DNA of 64,000 nucleotides from Dehalococcoidia bacterium (GCA_965207225.1 CBDBLV010000003.1:224001-288000), one strand, 5' to 3'. Positions 48,670-58,545 are shown, counted from the first letter of the stretch. Numbers and translations are program-made. Notes: generated by a model from the letters alone, not told the origin.

Positions 48670-49941
48670 ATGACGACTACGGTTAGACAAGACCTCAGGG
48701 CGCAGGCGCTGGCGGCGCGGGGGGCGGGGCGGGAGCTGGGTCGGGCGAGCAGTGCGTTGAAGGACCAGGCCCTGCGGAACATTGCGCGGGGGTTGCTGGA
48801 CAGGCAGGACGAGATCGTCGAAGCCAACCGGCAAGACTACGACACCAGCGCGGAGTCGGGGCTTTCGGAGTCGCTGCTGGACCGGCTGCTCCTGACCCCC
48901 GACCGAATCCACGCCCTCGCCGAGGACGTGGAGAGCATCGCCTTCCTCCCGGACCCCGTCGGCGAGACGTTCGACATGCGGACGCTGCCAAACGGGCTGC
49001 AGGTGGGGAAGCGTCGGGTGCCGCTGGGGCTCATCGGTGCAATATATGAGAGCCGACCCAACGTAACCATCGACATCTCGTGCCTTTGCCTCAAATCCGG
49101 CAACGCAGTGCTGCTGAGGGGTGGCAAGGAGGCCATCCGGTCGAACCGGCTCCTGGCGTCCATTGTGCGGGACAGCCTGGTCGAGGCAGGGGGTCCGGGT
49201 GAGGCGGTGCAGTTCGTCGACTCCACGGACCGGGCCCTGGTCGGCGAGATGCTGGAGATGAAGGGCATTATCGACCTGATGGTGCCCCGGGGCAGCGAAG
49301 ACTTTATTCGCTACGTGGACTCCAACGCCTCCATGCCCGTGGTGGCGGGCGGGGTGGGGGTCTGCCACACCTACGTAGACAGCTCCGCCGACCTCGACAG
49401 CGCGGTTGCCATAGCCTACAATGCGAAGGTACAGCGCCCCTCCACCTGCAACGCCCTGGACACCCTCATCGTGCACTCCTCCGTCGCCCGCGAATACCTG
49501 CCCCGGATAGCCCGCGCCTGGGGAGAGAAGGGCGTCGATATCCGGTGTGACGAAAGGGCTTTCGATGTGATAAATGGGATGGGCGGTGTGGGGCGCGCAG
49601 GGGAGTCGGACTGGGGAATGGAGTTCCTGGCCCTAGTCGCTTCGGTGAAGGTAGTCGACGACATGGATGAGGCCCTGGCCCACATCGAGACCTACGGCTC
49701 GGGCCACTCGGAAGCGATCCTGACCGAGGACTACTCGGCGGCGCAGAGGTTCCTGGACGAGGTGGATGCCGCCGCGGTGTTCGTGAACGCCAGCACCCGG
49801 TTCACGGACGGCGGACAGTTCGGGCTGGGGGCGGAGGTGGGTATCAGCACACAGAAAATGCACGCTCGGGGCCCGATGGGGCTCCGGGAAATGACATCCT
49901 ACAAGTGGATAATCCTGGGCCGCGGACACGTCCGGCCCTAG
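48670..49941 (+). CDS. proA: Gamma-glutamyl phosphate reductase
   Basis: IYESRPNVT, CNALDT, NASTRFTDGGQFGLGAEVGISTQKMHARGPMGL. Confidence 0.97.
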   Translation: MTTTVRQDLRAQALAARGAGRELGRASSALKDQALRNIARGLLDRQDEIVEANRQDYDTSAESGLSESLLDRLLLTPDRIHALAEDVESIAFLPDPVGETFDMRTLPNGLQVGKRRVPLGLIGAIYESRPNVTIDISCLCLKSGNAVLLRGGKEAIRSNRLLASIVRDSLVEAGGPGEAVQFVDSTDRALVGEMLEMKGIIDLMVPRGSEDFIRYVDSNASMPVVAGGVGVCHTYVDSSADLDSAVAIAYNAKVQRPSTCNALDTLIVHSSVAREYLPRIARAWGEKGVDIRCDERAFDVINGMGGVGRAGESDWGMEFLALVASVKVVDDMDEALAHIETYGSGHSEAILTEDYSAAQRFLDEVDAAAVFVNASTRFTDGGQFGLGAEVGISTQKMHARGPMGLREMTSYKWIILGRGHVRP

Positions 49942-49962
49942 ACCAGAGAGGAAACACCGGCA

Positions 49963-50274
49963 ATGGCCCCCTACCGATTCGAAAGAGAATGCCGCACGCC
50001 CCAGTCCGAGACCTATACGATAATCGACGACGAGAGCACGGCGGGTCGGATTGACCTGCATTTCGGCCCGAGCGTAGTCCACGGCACGCTGTGCGTGCTG
50101 GAAAACGTCACCCAGGACGGCATCCAGGAGCTGATAGACACCATAGATGAAGAGCTGGTGATGACGGCCGACGCCTCCCGCGGTGACTTCATAGTCGCGG
50201 TGTACCAGGGCCGGGAGGTCGGGGTGTTCAGCGACGAGGACTTTGACGAAGAAGAGGGCAGCGGGTCTCAGTAG
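49963..50274 (+). CDS. Hypothetical acidic protein
   Basis: Clean 103-aa ORF with AGAGGA SD and typical codon usage; no motif recognised. Confidence 0.65.
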   Translation: MAPYRFERECRTPQSETYTIIDDESTAGRIDLHFGPSVVHGTLCVLENVTQDGIQELIDTIDEELVMTADASRGDFIVAVYQGREVGVFSDEDFDEEEGSGSQ

Positions 50275-51395
50275 CTCAGGAAGAGCTTGCCCCAGCCCGT
50301 CTTCATCGCCTTCCTGATCCTGCCCTTGCCTATCAGGTTCATCCAGAAGACGTTGTGGTACAGGTTCGACGCGAGGTAGGCCCAGGGCACTAGCGGCGAC
50401 CGTAACAGCAGCTTTTCCAGGGGCTTCAGCGGACCCCAGTAGATCAGCTTCTGGCCCCGGCTGGCGAAGGTGTTCTCCGAGCCGCTGAACCCCCAGTTCA
50501 CCCCCGACAGGTCTTCCCCGGCAATCTCGATGTCTCTCGGGTCACCACAGCCGAGGCCCGCGTCGTGGGCGAGGCGGATGAACTTGATGGACATGGGGTC
50601 GAAGCCCATGAGCCTGGCGGCCACGGCATCTATGGCTACCTGGTCGGCGCTGGCGAGGAGAAGGTTCTTGACGTGCCAGCGCATGGCTCGGGGCCCGGGG
50701 CCGTCGCCGGCGAAGGTGCCGTCCATCATGGCGAAGATGCCGGGATGGATCTCTTTCTGGATGGCGAGGAGGTCGACGAGGGTCTCGTGGATGACGGAGT
50801 GGGTGTAGTGTCGCTTCCTGTTCAGCAGCCCCCCGAAGGCGTTTTTCATGGCGCCGGTCATCTTCGTAAAGACGTGGGTCTTCATGGTCGGGAGCTGGAC
50901 GATGTTCTTGCCTATGAAGGGCTCGGGGATCTGGATGCCGTCGGGGAAGATTTCGTCCAGGGCGAGCATTTTGGCCTTGGGCCGGTACTCGATCCAGCGG
51001 ACGGGGTCCTCTTCGAGGTGCATGTTGGGGAGGCTGTACTTGTCGGTGACGACCTTCTGCTTGTTGCGGACCTCGCCTTCCCGGGCGTCGACGACCACGG
51101 TTCCATTGTGCGCGGCAATGAGGTCGTTGTAGCCGTTGGCCTGAAGGGCTTTGACTGCGCCCTCGATTTGCCAGGGCGGGGTGGAGCAGGCGGGATAGTA
51201 GTACTGCCAGGAGATGTTTATCTTGAGGAGGGTGGGGAGGTCCCTGGGGAGATGGTCTTCCATCCCCGCCAACTCGGCGAGGCGAACGTAGTCGTCGAGG
51301 ACGGTGTCGGGGGAGGTGAAGACGGCGGCGACGGTGGACTTTTGCGTGGTCTGGGTGCCCGCGGGCATTGGTGTAGTCTTGGTTTCTATTGCCAT
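50268..51395 (-). CDS. DUF362-domain protein
   Basis: LKINISW, LPTMKTH...TGAMKNAFGG, DG..AGDGPGP, DQVAIDAV. Confidence 0.85.
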   Translation of the reverse strand: MAIETKTTPMPAGTQTTQKSTVAAVFTSPDTVLDDYVRLAELAGMEDHLPRDLPTLLKINISWQYYYPACSTPPWQIEGAVKALQANGYNDLIAAHNGTVVVDAREGEVRNKQKVVTDKYSLPNMHLEEDPVRWIEYRPKAKMLALDEIFPDGIQIPEPFIGKNIVQLPTMKTHVFTKMTGAMKNAFGGLLNRKRHYTHSVIHETLVDLLAIQKEIHPGIFAMMDGTFAGDGPGPRAMRWHVKNLLLASADQVAIDAVAARLMGFDPMSIKFIRLAHDAGLGCGDPRDIEIAGEDLSGVNWGFSGSENTFASRGQKLIYWGPLKPLEKLLLRSPLVPWAYLASNLYHNVFWMNLIGKGRIRKAMKTGWGKLFLSY

Positions 51396-51462
51396 GGGGG
51401 GATTATACGGCAGAGCGGCGAGGTGAGGATTGACGGTGAAGGGGCGCAGGCCCGACTAGTCT

Positions 51463-51663
51463 CTAAACAGTCTCGAACTGAAGGGCGGAAAGGTTGAGCT
51501 TTGATGAGCGCTTTGAGAGGTTTAGCATCTCGACACCCACTACATCCCTCGCCTCGTTGTAGTCGAGAACGACGCCCGCGGAGACTTCTTCGGATTCCAG
51601 AATCTGGGAGTCATCCAGGCGCAGGTATAGGGCGTCGGCTTCCTTATCGACGTATAGCTTCAT
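51463..51663 (-). CDS. DUF2283-domain protein
   Basis: YVDKEADALYLRL...SEEV..GVVLDY....VVGVEML. Confidence 0.85.
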   Translation of the reverse strand: MKLYVDKEADALYLRLDDSQILESEEVSAGVVLDYNEARDVVGVEMLNLSKRSSKLNLSALQFETV

Positions 51664-51749
51664 AGCTTGTTTCTCAAAGGCCATTTTACATCATCCTAGG
51701 TCTCGCCCTTGACCTTGGGGGGAGGTAGCCTATTAATATCTCCACCGTA

Positions 51750-53789
51750 ATGACCAAGATATACGACGTAATAGTGATAGGAGCGGGCCATGCGGGGTGT
51801 GAGGCGGCGCTGGCCGCGGCGCGGATGGGCTGCAACACCCTGGTCCTAACGATGAAGCTGGACCATATCGCCCTCATGCCGTGCAACCCGTCTATAGGTG
51901 GGCCTGCCAAGGGACACCTGGCCCGGGAGGTGGATGCGCTGGGTGGGGAGATGGGCCGGAACACGGACAAGACGTTCATCCAAATACGGATGTTGAATAC
52001 CGGCAAGGGGCCGGCGGTGCAGGCCCTTCGTGCCCAGTCGGACAAGGAGATGTATGCGCGGGAGATGCGGAGGACGCTGGAGGGGCAGGTTGGTTTGACG
52101 GTCAAGGAGGCGCTGGTTACAGGGATTGAAGTGAGGGGAGGGGAATGGTGTGGTGAAGTGGAAGGTGATGGGGCAAGTCCTAGATTCCTCGCGGGGCATC
52201 GGAATGACATCGCTGGTGGGCCTTTGAATGACAGTTTGGCTGGGAGTAGGTTGATCAGGTTGGAGGCGAAGTCGGGGGAGGGGTATGTGGGGAGGACGGT
52301 GGTCCTGACGACTGGAACGTCGCTGGCGGGCAAGATCATCATGGGAGAGCGGGCATACACGGGGGGTCGGGCGGGGGAGCCTGCAGCTTCGGAGATATCT
52401 GAATCGTTGAAGCAGTTGGGGTTTGTGTTGGGACGTCACAAGACGGGGACTCCGCCTCGGCTGGACGCCCGGACCATCGACTTCTCGAAGGCGAAAATCC
52501 AGCCCGGCAGCCCGACTCTGCTCCAATTCAGCTTCTGGGGCGCCAATGGCGATTCACTGCGCTTTCCTACGCCTAATCCGGTATATCCCAAACCCCCGGA
52601 GTCGGGGTGGAGGCCGCAGATGGCCTGCTACCTGGTTAGCACCAACCCCAGGACCCACGAACTCATCACTGCAAACCTGGACCGGGCGCCGATGTTCAAC
52701 GGTTCGATAGAGGGAGTCGGGCCACGGTACTGCCCGTCTATCGAGGACAAGGTGGTGCGCTTTGCCCACAAGGAATCGCATGGCCTATTCCTGGAACCCG
52801 AGGGTTGGCAGACCAACGAGGTCTACCTGCAAGGCGCCAATACCAGCCTTCCGGAGGACGTTCAGGAGGCGTTCGTGAGGTCGATAGACGGGCTTGAGCG
52901 CGCCGAGATTGTGAAGCACGGCTATGCCATCGAATACGACTTCGTGCTGACCGACCAGATCAACGCCACGATGGAGACGAAACTGGTCCCCAACCTGTTC
53001 CTGGCGGGGCAGGTGTGCGGGACATCGGGGTACGAGGAGGCGGCGGGTCAGGGGATAGTGGCAGGGATAAACGCCGCTCTGCGGGTCAAGGGTCGGGAGC
53101 CGATGGTTTTGCGTCGGGACCAAGCGTATTTGGGGGTGATGATCGATGACCTGGTGACCCGGGACCATTTCGAACCTTACAGGATGCTCACGTCTCGGGC
53201 CGAGCACCGGCTCCTGCTCCGGCAGGACAACGCCGACCTCCGGCTCGCCCCCATCGGCTACGAGGTAGGGCTGCTAAGCGAGGAGCAATACCAGACGGTG
53301 GAGGAGAAGCGCACCCGCGTGAACCGAGAGATGGAAAGACTGGGCGGGACATATCTCCCACAGGACGGAAGCATAGACCCTCACCTGGTCCGCATCGGGC
53401 TGACTCCCGTTCGGAAGGCAGTCACGGGTATGGAGTTCCTTCGCAGGCCGGAGGTCGGGTACCAGACGGCGGTAGAGCTAGGTCTTGGGGATGCGGGGCT
53501 GGGGGAGGAAGAGAGGGAGCAGGTGGAGATCGAGGCCAAGTACCAGGACTACATCGAACGGCAGGGCAGGGAGGTCGAGCGGATACGCAGGCTGGAGCAG
53601 AGGCCGGTACCGCAGGACGTAGACTACGGGGAGATCAAGGGCCTTTCCAACGAGGCCCGGGACAACCTGACCCGATTCGTCCCATTGACCGTAGGGCAAG
53701 CGTCTCGGGTGCCGGGGGTCAGGACGTCAGACGTGAGCCTGCTGCTGGTGCACCTGGAGCGGAGCCGGGAGAGGGTCAAAGCGATTTAG
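51750..53789 (+). CDS. mnmG: tRNA uridine 5-carboxymethylaminomethyl modification enzyme (GidA) with an in-frame repeat insertion
   Basis: GAGHAGCEAA, MPCNPSIGG.AKG, KTGTPPR, GPRYCPSIEDK, GTSGYEEAAGQG, TSRAEHRL. Confidence 0.97.
   Translation: MTKIYDVIVIGAGHAGCEAALAAARMGCNTLVLTMKLDHIALMPCNPSIGGPAKGHLAREVDALGGEMGRNTDKTFIQIRMLNTGKGPAVQALRAQSDKEMYAREMRRTLEGQVGLTVKEALVTGIEVRGGEWCGEVEGDGASPRFLAGHRNDIAGGPLNDSLAGSRLIRLEAKSGEGYVGRTVVLTTGTSLAGKIIMGERAYTGGRAGEPAASEISESLKQLGFVLGRHKTGTPPRLDARTIDFSKAKIQPGSPTLLQFSFWGANGDSLRFPTPNPVYPKPPESGWRPQMACYLVSTNPRTHELITANLDRAPMFNGSIEGVGPRYCPSIEDKVVRFAHKESHGLFLEPEGWQTNEVYLQGANTSLPEDVQEAFVRSIDGLERAEIVKHGYAIEYDFVLTDQINATMETKLVPNLFLAGQVCGTSGYEEAAGQGIVAGINAALRVKGREPMVLRRDQAYLGVMIDDLVTRDHFEPYRMLTSRAEHRLLLRQDNADLRLAPIGYEVGLLSEEQYQTVEEKRTRVNREMERLGGTYLPQDGSIDPHLVRIGLTPVRKAVTGMEFLRRPEVGYQTAVELGLGDAGLGEEEREQVEIEAKYQDYIERQGREVERIRRLEQRPVPQDVDYGEIKGLSNEARDNLTRFVPLTVGQASRVPGVRTSDVSLLLVHLERSRERVKAI
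52171..52209. repeat. Family A palindromic repeat inside the mnmG coding sequence
   Basis: GGGCAAGTCCTAGATTCCTCGCGGGGCATCGGAATGACA, translated as ASPRFLAGHRND. Confidence 0.85.
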
Positions 53790-53809
53790 GCGGTTTTGGG
53801 ACAAAGGTT

Positions 53810-53849
53810 GAGGGGGACCCGAGCGTGCTCGGGCCCCCCTCTCTTTTTC
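53810..53849 (+). terminator. Intrinsic terminator after mnmG
   Basis: GAGGGGGACCCGAGC-GT-GCTCGGGCCCCCCTC followed by TCTTTTT. Confidence 0.75.
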
Positions 53850-53866
53850 GGCTTGGCTAACCTAGG

Positions 53867-55192
53867 CTAGTTTTTGCCCTGTACTTCGAACCAGATTTCC
53901 GCCTGTGCGCCGCCGATTTCGCCATCCGCAGCCTCGTCCATGAGGATGGCGTAGGGTAGGTTGGCATCTGCGGTCGACAGGAAGGGCCTGTGCTGGTCGA
54001 ATTCCGGCGCAGCGAGGAAGGGCGCCGACTTCAGGTTGGTCGGGCCGTAGGGCTGGTAGAGGGCCTGGCTGGCCGCAATCTCCGGGTCCTGGGTCCAAGC
54101 AAAGAAGAGGTTAAGGAGCTCCCACTTTGTCGGGTCCTGTTCCTTGATGCCCCTGATGATCCACCAGTTGTCAGTGAGTACATCATGCCCACACTCCCAG
54201 CAGAGGCCGATGTTGTAACCGGCGTTTGCCTGGGCGTCGTAAGCGAAGCCGTTGTCGGTCTGGCAGATGTCAACTTCCCCGGAATTGAGGAAGATGATGC
54301 AGTCATTGCTGCCGGGGGTGAAGAGGTCGATGGTGGGGATGAACTGCTCCTCAACTATCTGCCAGGCGGTGTCCAACTGCTCGGGAGACATAGCCGACAG
54401 GGAGGCCCTGCCCTCTTCCGTGTCGAGCAGGCTGGGGTCGGTAGCCAGGTGGGCCCAGCGGACCATGTGCTTCCAGTTCCAGTCCTGGGGAATCATTCCC
54501 CGGAGGCCCGGGAACTTATCCCTGTCCAGGTAGTCGGCCCAGCTGGATGGCTGAGGCCCGCCGTCCGGGTAGGTGTCCTTGCTGTAGAGCAGGAGCATGG
54601 AGTAAGCGGAGCCGCCGCCTCCGATCCACGGGGCGTCACGGATGTGGGGGAAGAGATCACTCTTGTCGATGATGGACTCGTCTAGCTCTTCCAGCACGCC
54701 CTCGAGGCCCATGGTGACACCGGCCTGGCCGGAACCGTCAACAATATCCCAAGTCACGTTGCCGGTGTGGGCCATGGCCCGCACTTTCGCGTAGTCGGGA
54801 GGTCCGTCTTCGATGACGCTTATGCCGAACTTCTCCCGCAGGGGCTCGAAGAAGGCGAGTCTCTGCATCTCCTGGTAAGCACCACCCCAGGTGGCGAAGG
54901 AGAAGGTGGAGCCGCGGTGAGCTTCCAGGGCAGCCTCGATTTCCTCAAAGGTGGCGGGGTTGTCCACGGTCCACTCGCTAACCGGGCGTAGGCCCGTAGC
55001 CGGTTCCTCTTCCTCGGGCTCTTCCTCCATCATGGCCGTGGGGGTTGCCTCGGGCATCGCCTCCTCGGGCTCCGGAGTGGCGGTTGCGGACTCGCCACAA
55101 GCCGCAACTACGAGCAGAGCAACAAGGGTTAGCGATATAAGGCCGAATATCGCCCATCTCTTACTTTCAAATATCCGAAAAGAGAAATTCAT
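53867..55192 (-). CDS. ABC transporter substrate-binding lipoprotein (PotD/PotF-like)
   Basis: Lipobox VAACG, ATWGGAYQ, GNVTWDIVD, YGPTN. Confidence 0.85.
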   Translation of the reverse strand: MNFSFRIFESKRWAIFGLISLTLVALLVVAACGESATATPEPEEAMPEATPTAMMEEEPEEEEPATGLRPVSEWTVDNPATFEEIEAALEAHRGSTFSFATWGGAYQEMQRLAFFEPLREKFGISVIEDGPPDYAKVRAMAHTGNVTWDIVDGSGQAGVTMGLEGVLEELDESIIDKSDLFPHIRDAPWIGGGGSAYSMLLLYSKDTYPDGGPQPSSWADYLDRDKFPGLRGMIPQDWNWKHMVRWAHLATDPSLLDTEEGRASLSAMSPEQLDTAWQIVEEQFIPTIDLFTPGSNDCIIFLNSGEVDICQTDNGFAYDAQANAGYNIGLCWECGHDVLTDNWWIIRGIKEQDPTKWELLNLFFAWTQDPEIAASQALYQPYGPTNLKSAPFLAAPEFDQHRPFLSTADANLPYAILMDEAADGEIGGAQAEIWFEVQGKN

Positions 55193-55337
55193 GGCAGTAC
55201 GTCTCCTCCCAATGCAATCCAATTAATCCAAAGCTGCTCCGAATAAAAATAAGCGCGAAGGGCCGTAAACGACTCTAACGCGCCTTGTTCAGTCCATCTA
55301 TCACCTCCCGAAATGGCGCCCAGCGTGGAAATAATCA

Positions 55338-55371
55338 GTGTGGGGTGTCGCCCGGATGGTCGACACCCCAC
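55338..55371. terminator. Hairpin between the tandem SBP genes
   Basis: TGTGGGGTGTCG...CGACACCCCACA inverted repeat. Confidence 0.55.
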
Positions 55372-55392
55372 AGATTACTGACTTGGGTCTAT

Positions 55393-56712
55393 TTAGTTCT
55401 TGCCCTGCACTTCGAACCAGATTTCCGCCTGTGCCCCACCAATTTCCCCGTCAGCTGCTTCATCCATCAGGATGGCATAGGGGAGGTTGGCGTCGGCGGT
55501 GGGGAGGAAAGGCCGATGCTTGTCGTATTCCGGTCCTGTGAGGAATTCCGCCGACTTCAGGTTAGTGGGCCCGTAGGGCTGGTAAAGGGACTGAGTTGCG
55601 GCGACTTGGGGCGACTGAGACCAAGCGAAGAAGAGGTTCAAGAGCTCCCATTTCTGGGGGTCTTGCTCCTTAATGCCCCTGGGGATCCAGAAGTTGTCCG
55701 TCAGGACGTCGTGACCGCACTCCCAGCAGAGGCCGATGTTCTGGCCTTCGTTTGCCTGGGCGTTGTAAGCGATGCCTTGGTCAATCTGGCATATGTCGGC
55801 TTCGCCGGACTCGAGGAATACGACGCAGTCAAGTGTGCCGTTGCTGAGTATGTCTATGGCGGGAATGAACTGCTCCTCGACGATTTGCCAGGACTGGTCG
55901 AGCTGCTCTGGGCTCATGGCGGACAACGAGGCTCGACCTTCCTCGGTCTCGAGCAGTGAGGGATTGTTGGCAAGCTGGGCCCAGCGGACCATGTGCTTCC
56001 AGTTCCAGTCGTTGCCGTATATCTGCCGTCTGCCGGGGAACGTATCGGTGTCGATGAAATCGGCCCAACTGGAGGGCTGAGGGCCGCCATCCGGATATGT
56101 GTCCTTACTGTAGATGAGCATCATGGAGTAAGCGGACCCGCCCCCGCCGATCCACGGGGCATCCCTGATGTGGGGGAAGAGGTCGCTCTTGTCGACGATG
56201 GCCGGGTCGAGCTCTTCCAGTACGCCTTCAAGGCCCAAGGTGACGCCGGCCTGCCCAGAGCCATCGACGATGTCCCAGGTGACGTTGCCGGTCTCGGCCA
56301 TCGCCCTTACCTTGGCGTAGTCGGGCGGGCCGTCTTCAACTATGTTTACACCAAACTGCTCGGCGAAGGGGATCAGGAACGCCCGGCGCTGCATCTCCTG
56401 GTAAGCACCTCCCCAGGAAACGAAGGTGAAAGAGCCGCCCCGATGGGCCGCCAGGGCTGCTACCACTTCGTCGAGGGTGGCGGGGTTATCGACGGTCCAT
56501 TCGCTTAACGGCCTCAAAGCGGTAGACGGCTCATCGGGCTCTTCCTCCATCATTGCGGTGGGGGTTGCCTCTGGCATTGCCTCGTCGGGCTCGGGTGTCG
56601 CGGTAGCCGACTCGCCGCAGGCCGCAACCACGAGCAGAGCGACGAGGGCGATGGACAGAAGCCCGAACGCCAGCCATCGCTTGCTCTTAAATGTCATAGT
56701 CTTGAATTGCAT
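55393..56712 (-). CDS. ABC transporter substrate-binding lipoprotein, tandem paralog
   Basis: Highly similar to the adjacent gene; VSWGGAYQ, identical C-terminus AQAEIWFEVQGKN. Confidence 0.85.
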   Translation of the reverse strand: MQFKTMTFKSKRWLAFGLLSIALVALLVVAACGESATATPEPDEAMPEATPTAMMEEEPDEPSTALRPLSEWTVDNPATLDEVVAALAAHRGGSFTFVSWGGAYQEMQRRAFLIPFAEQFGVNIVEDGPPDYAKVRAMAETGNVTWDIVDGSGQAGVTLGLEGVLEELDPAIVDKSDLFPHIRDAPWIGGGGSAYSMMLIYSKDTYPDGGPQPSSWADFIDTDTFPGRRQIYGNDWNWKHMVRWAQLANNPSLLETEEGRASLSAMSPEQLDQSWQIVEEQFIPAIDILSNGTLDCVVFLESGEADICQIDQGIAYNAQANEGQNIGLCWECGHDVLTDNFWIPRGIKEQDPQKWELLNLFFAWSQSPQVAATQSLYQPYGPTNLKSAEFLTGPEYDKHRPFLPTADANLPYAILMDEAADGEIGGAQAEIWFEVQGKN

Positions 56713-56912
56713 ACTTAAAGCTCTCCTACAGTGTTGAGATTGGATTCGGAAAGGTGCCGCGCTTCCCCGCAGACAGTTCATCTGCTGCCGGGTCTATTCC
56801 ATAAGCTACCTCCCTAGGGAGCAGGCTCCGGAACAGTCGCGAGGATGGTCGAGAGTCGGGTCCGGGAATTGCCTTCCTACAACGACCAGTAATGGGGGGA
56901 CTATGGGTCGGC

Positions 56913-56941
56913 ATTATATGGGGCGGGGGATGGACAGTCAA
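56913..56941 (-). promoter_or_regulatory. Near-consensus sigma70 promoter for the SBP pair
   Basis: TTGACT-17nt-TATAAT. Confidence 0.7.
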
Positions 56942-57060
56942 ACTGAGGCATTGAGTGGGATGGTGCGAAGGTCTCGGGGGACATGGGCCGCCCAACCATC
57001 CTGGAGGAGGACGACGGGGAGCGGTTTGCCGGAACAGGCATCATTGGCGGGCAATCGCTG

Positions 57061-57230
57061 GAGATCCCTCGCGGGGCCTCGGGATGACATATAAGGGTGG
57101 CGGTGGGATAGGACGGACGTTGAGGCAGTCTGGGGCATGAGCCTCCCCAGCTCGATCCTTCGATTGACCTCAGGATGAGAGGCCCCACCCACCACCCCAC
57201 CCCTGGATTCCCGACTGCTCGGGAATGACG
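57061..57230. repeat. Cluster of family A, C and B palindromic repeats
   Basis: GAGATCCCTCGCGGGGCCTCGGGATGACA; GATCCTTCGATTGACCTCAGGATGA; GGATTCCCGACTGCTCGGGAATGACG. Confidence 0.75.
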
Positions 57231-57245
57231 GGTGTGAGAGGAGAG

Positions 57246-58412
57246 TCAGGCCGAGAGTTGGTACAAATCCACGGCATTGAGGCCGAGGATGTTGGCCTGG
57301 GCATCGGGGGGGAGGGGGCCAAGGCTCTCGCGGAGGGCATCGACGGCACCGGTCATGCCTTCCGCGTGGGGGAAGTCGGCACCCCACATGAACTTGTTGG
57401 AGCCGAATCTTTCGACTACCAGGGGCGCAAGTTCTTCGTCGGGGTCCATGGAAGTCCATACCTGCCGCTTGAAATATTCGGTTGGGTACATCGACATTTC
57501 ACTGGTTCCGGGGAAAGCGTCGAGAATGCCATCCATCCTTTCGAACCAGTAGAGCATCCAAGCGCTGCCCGTCTCCAGGAGGACGACCTTCAAGCTAGGG
57601 AACCTATCGAATACCCGACCGGCGATCATGGTGCCGAAACCGAGGTGCACCGCAGGGGGCTCCTGGAGTATGAAATACCAGATATCATCGTCGGGGAGGG
57701 TTTCGAGGCTGGTGTTCGGGAAGTTGGGGTTGTAGAAGGGATACAGGCCGCCCACCACGTGCAAGGTGACGGGTATCTGAAGCTCTTCCAACGCGCCCCA
57801 GAAGGGGTCGAAGGCCGGGTCTCCGTAGGAGCGGCCATTAAGAGGAAAACCGCTTATCAGGGCGGCGGTAACTCCCATTCCCGCCATACGGTGCAATTCC
57901 CTGACTCCTTCGTCGATGTCGAGCAACGTGATATGCGCTATGGGTTTCAGGCGGTCGGGGTTGTCACTGCAGAAGTCGAAGACGTAGTTGTTGTATGCCC
58001 GGGCATAGGCACCCGCGACCTTGGGGTCTCGCACGTCGGTCTCCCAGTGAAGCCCGAGTGTCGGGTAGATGAATGATGTGTCGATGCCCTCCTCATCTAA
58101 TACCTGGACCCGGGGGCCGGGCTGATGGGAGGCGGGGACGTTGATCAGCCCCTGTTGGTATGTGACGGCACCGGGTTTGAGGTAGATATCCCGCTTCTCC
58201 TCGATGGACTTTCCTGCGGCCATGCGCCCGAATCGGCCTTCCCTGAGGAGGAGGTTGTGGGGCATCCTATCCTCGACGCTCATATACTCGAGGCCATGAT
58301 CGTCGACCTCGATGGAGAGGGCGAGGTGTCGGTACTCGGGGTCCAGGTATTCGGCCATTATGGGGAGGTTTTCCCAGATGTGGCTGTCGATGTCGATGAC
58401 GGGTCCCGGCAT
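57246..58412 (-). CDS. Amidohydrolase family (Amidohydro_2) protein
   Basis: IDIDSH, YPTLG, LH, LETGSAW, WGADFPH. Confidence 0.9.
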   Translation of the reverse strand: MPGPVIDIDSHIWENLPIMAEYLDPEYRHLALSIEVDDHGLEYMSVEDRMPHNLLLREGRFGRMAAGKSIEEKRDIYLKPGAVTYQQGLINVPASHQPGPRVQVLDEEGIDTSFIYPTLGLHWETDVRDPKVAGAYARAYNNYVFDFCSDNPDRLKPIAHITLLDIDEGVRELHRMAGMGVTAALISGFPLNGRSYGDPAFDPFWGALEELQIPVTLHVVGGLYPFYNPNFPNTSLETLPDDDIWYFILQEPPAVHLGFGTMIAGRVFDRFPSLKVVLLETGSAWMLYWFERMDGILDAFPGTSEMSMYPTEYFKRQVWTSMDPDEELAPLVVERFGSNKFMWGADFPHAEGMTGAVDALRESLGPLPPDAQANILGLNAVDLYQLSA

Positions 58413-58516
58413 GGGCTTGATCCTTCCCTCACATGGTATCGGCGTATGGGATTATGCTAGCGGGGTGGAGGGGTGGGGTCAAACGGTGTGCGTGGTAGGC
58501 GCGGGGGCCGACCCCC

Positions 58517-58545
58517 CAGATTCCTCGCGGGGCATCGGAATGACA
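58517..58545. repeat. Family A palindromic repeat
   Basis: CAGATTCCTCGCGGGGCATCGGAATGACA, identical to 11525. Confidence 0.85.
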
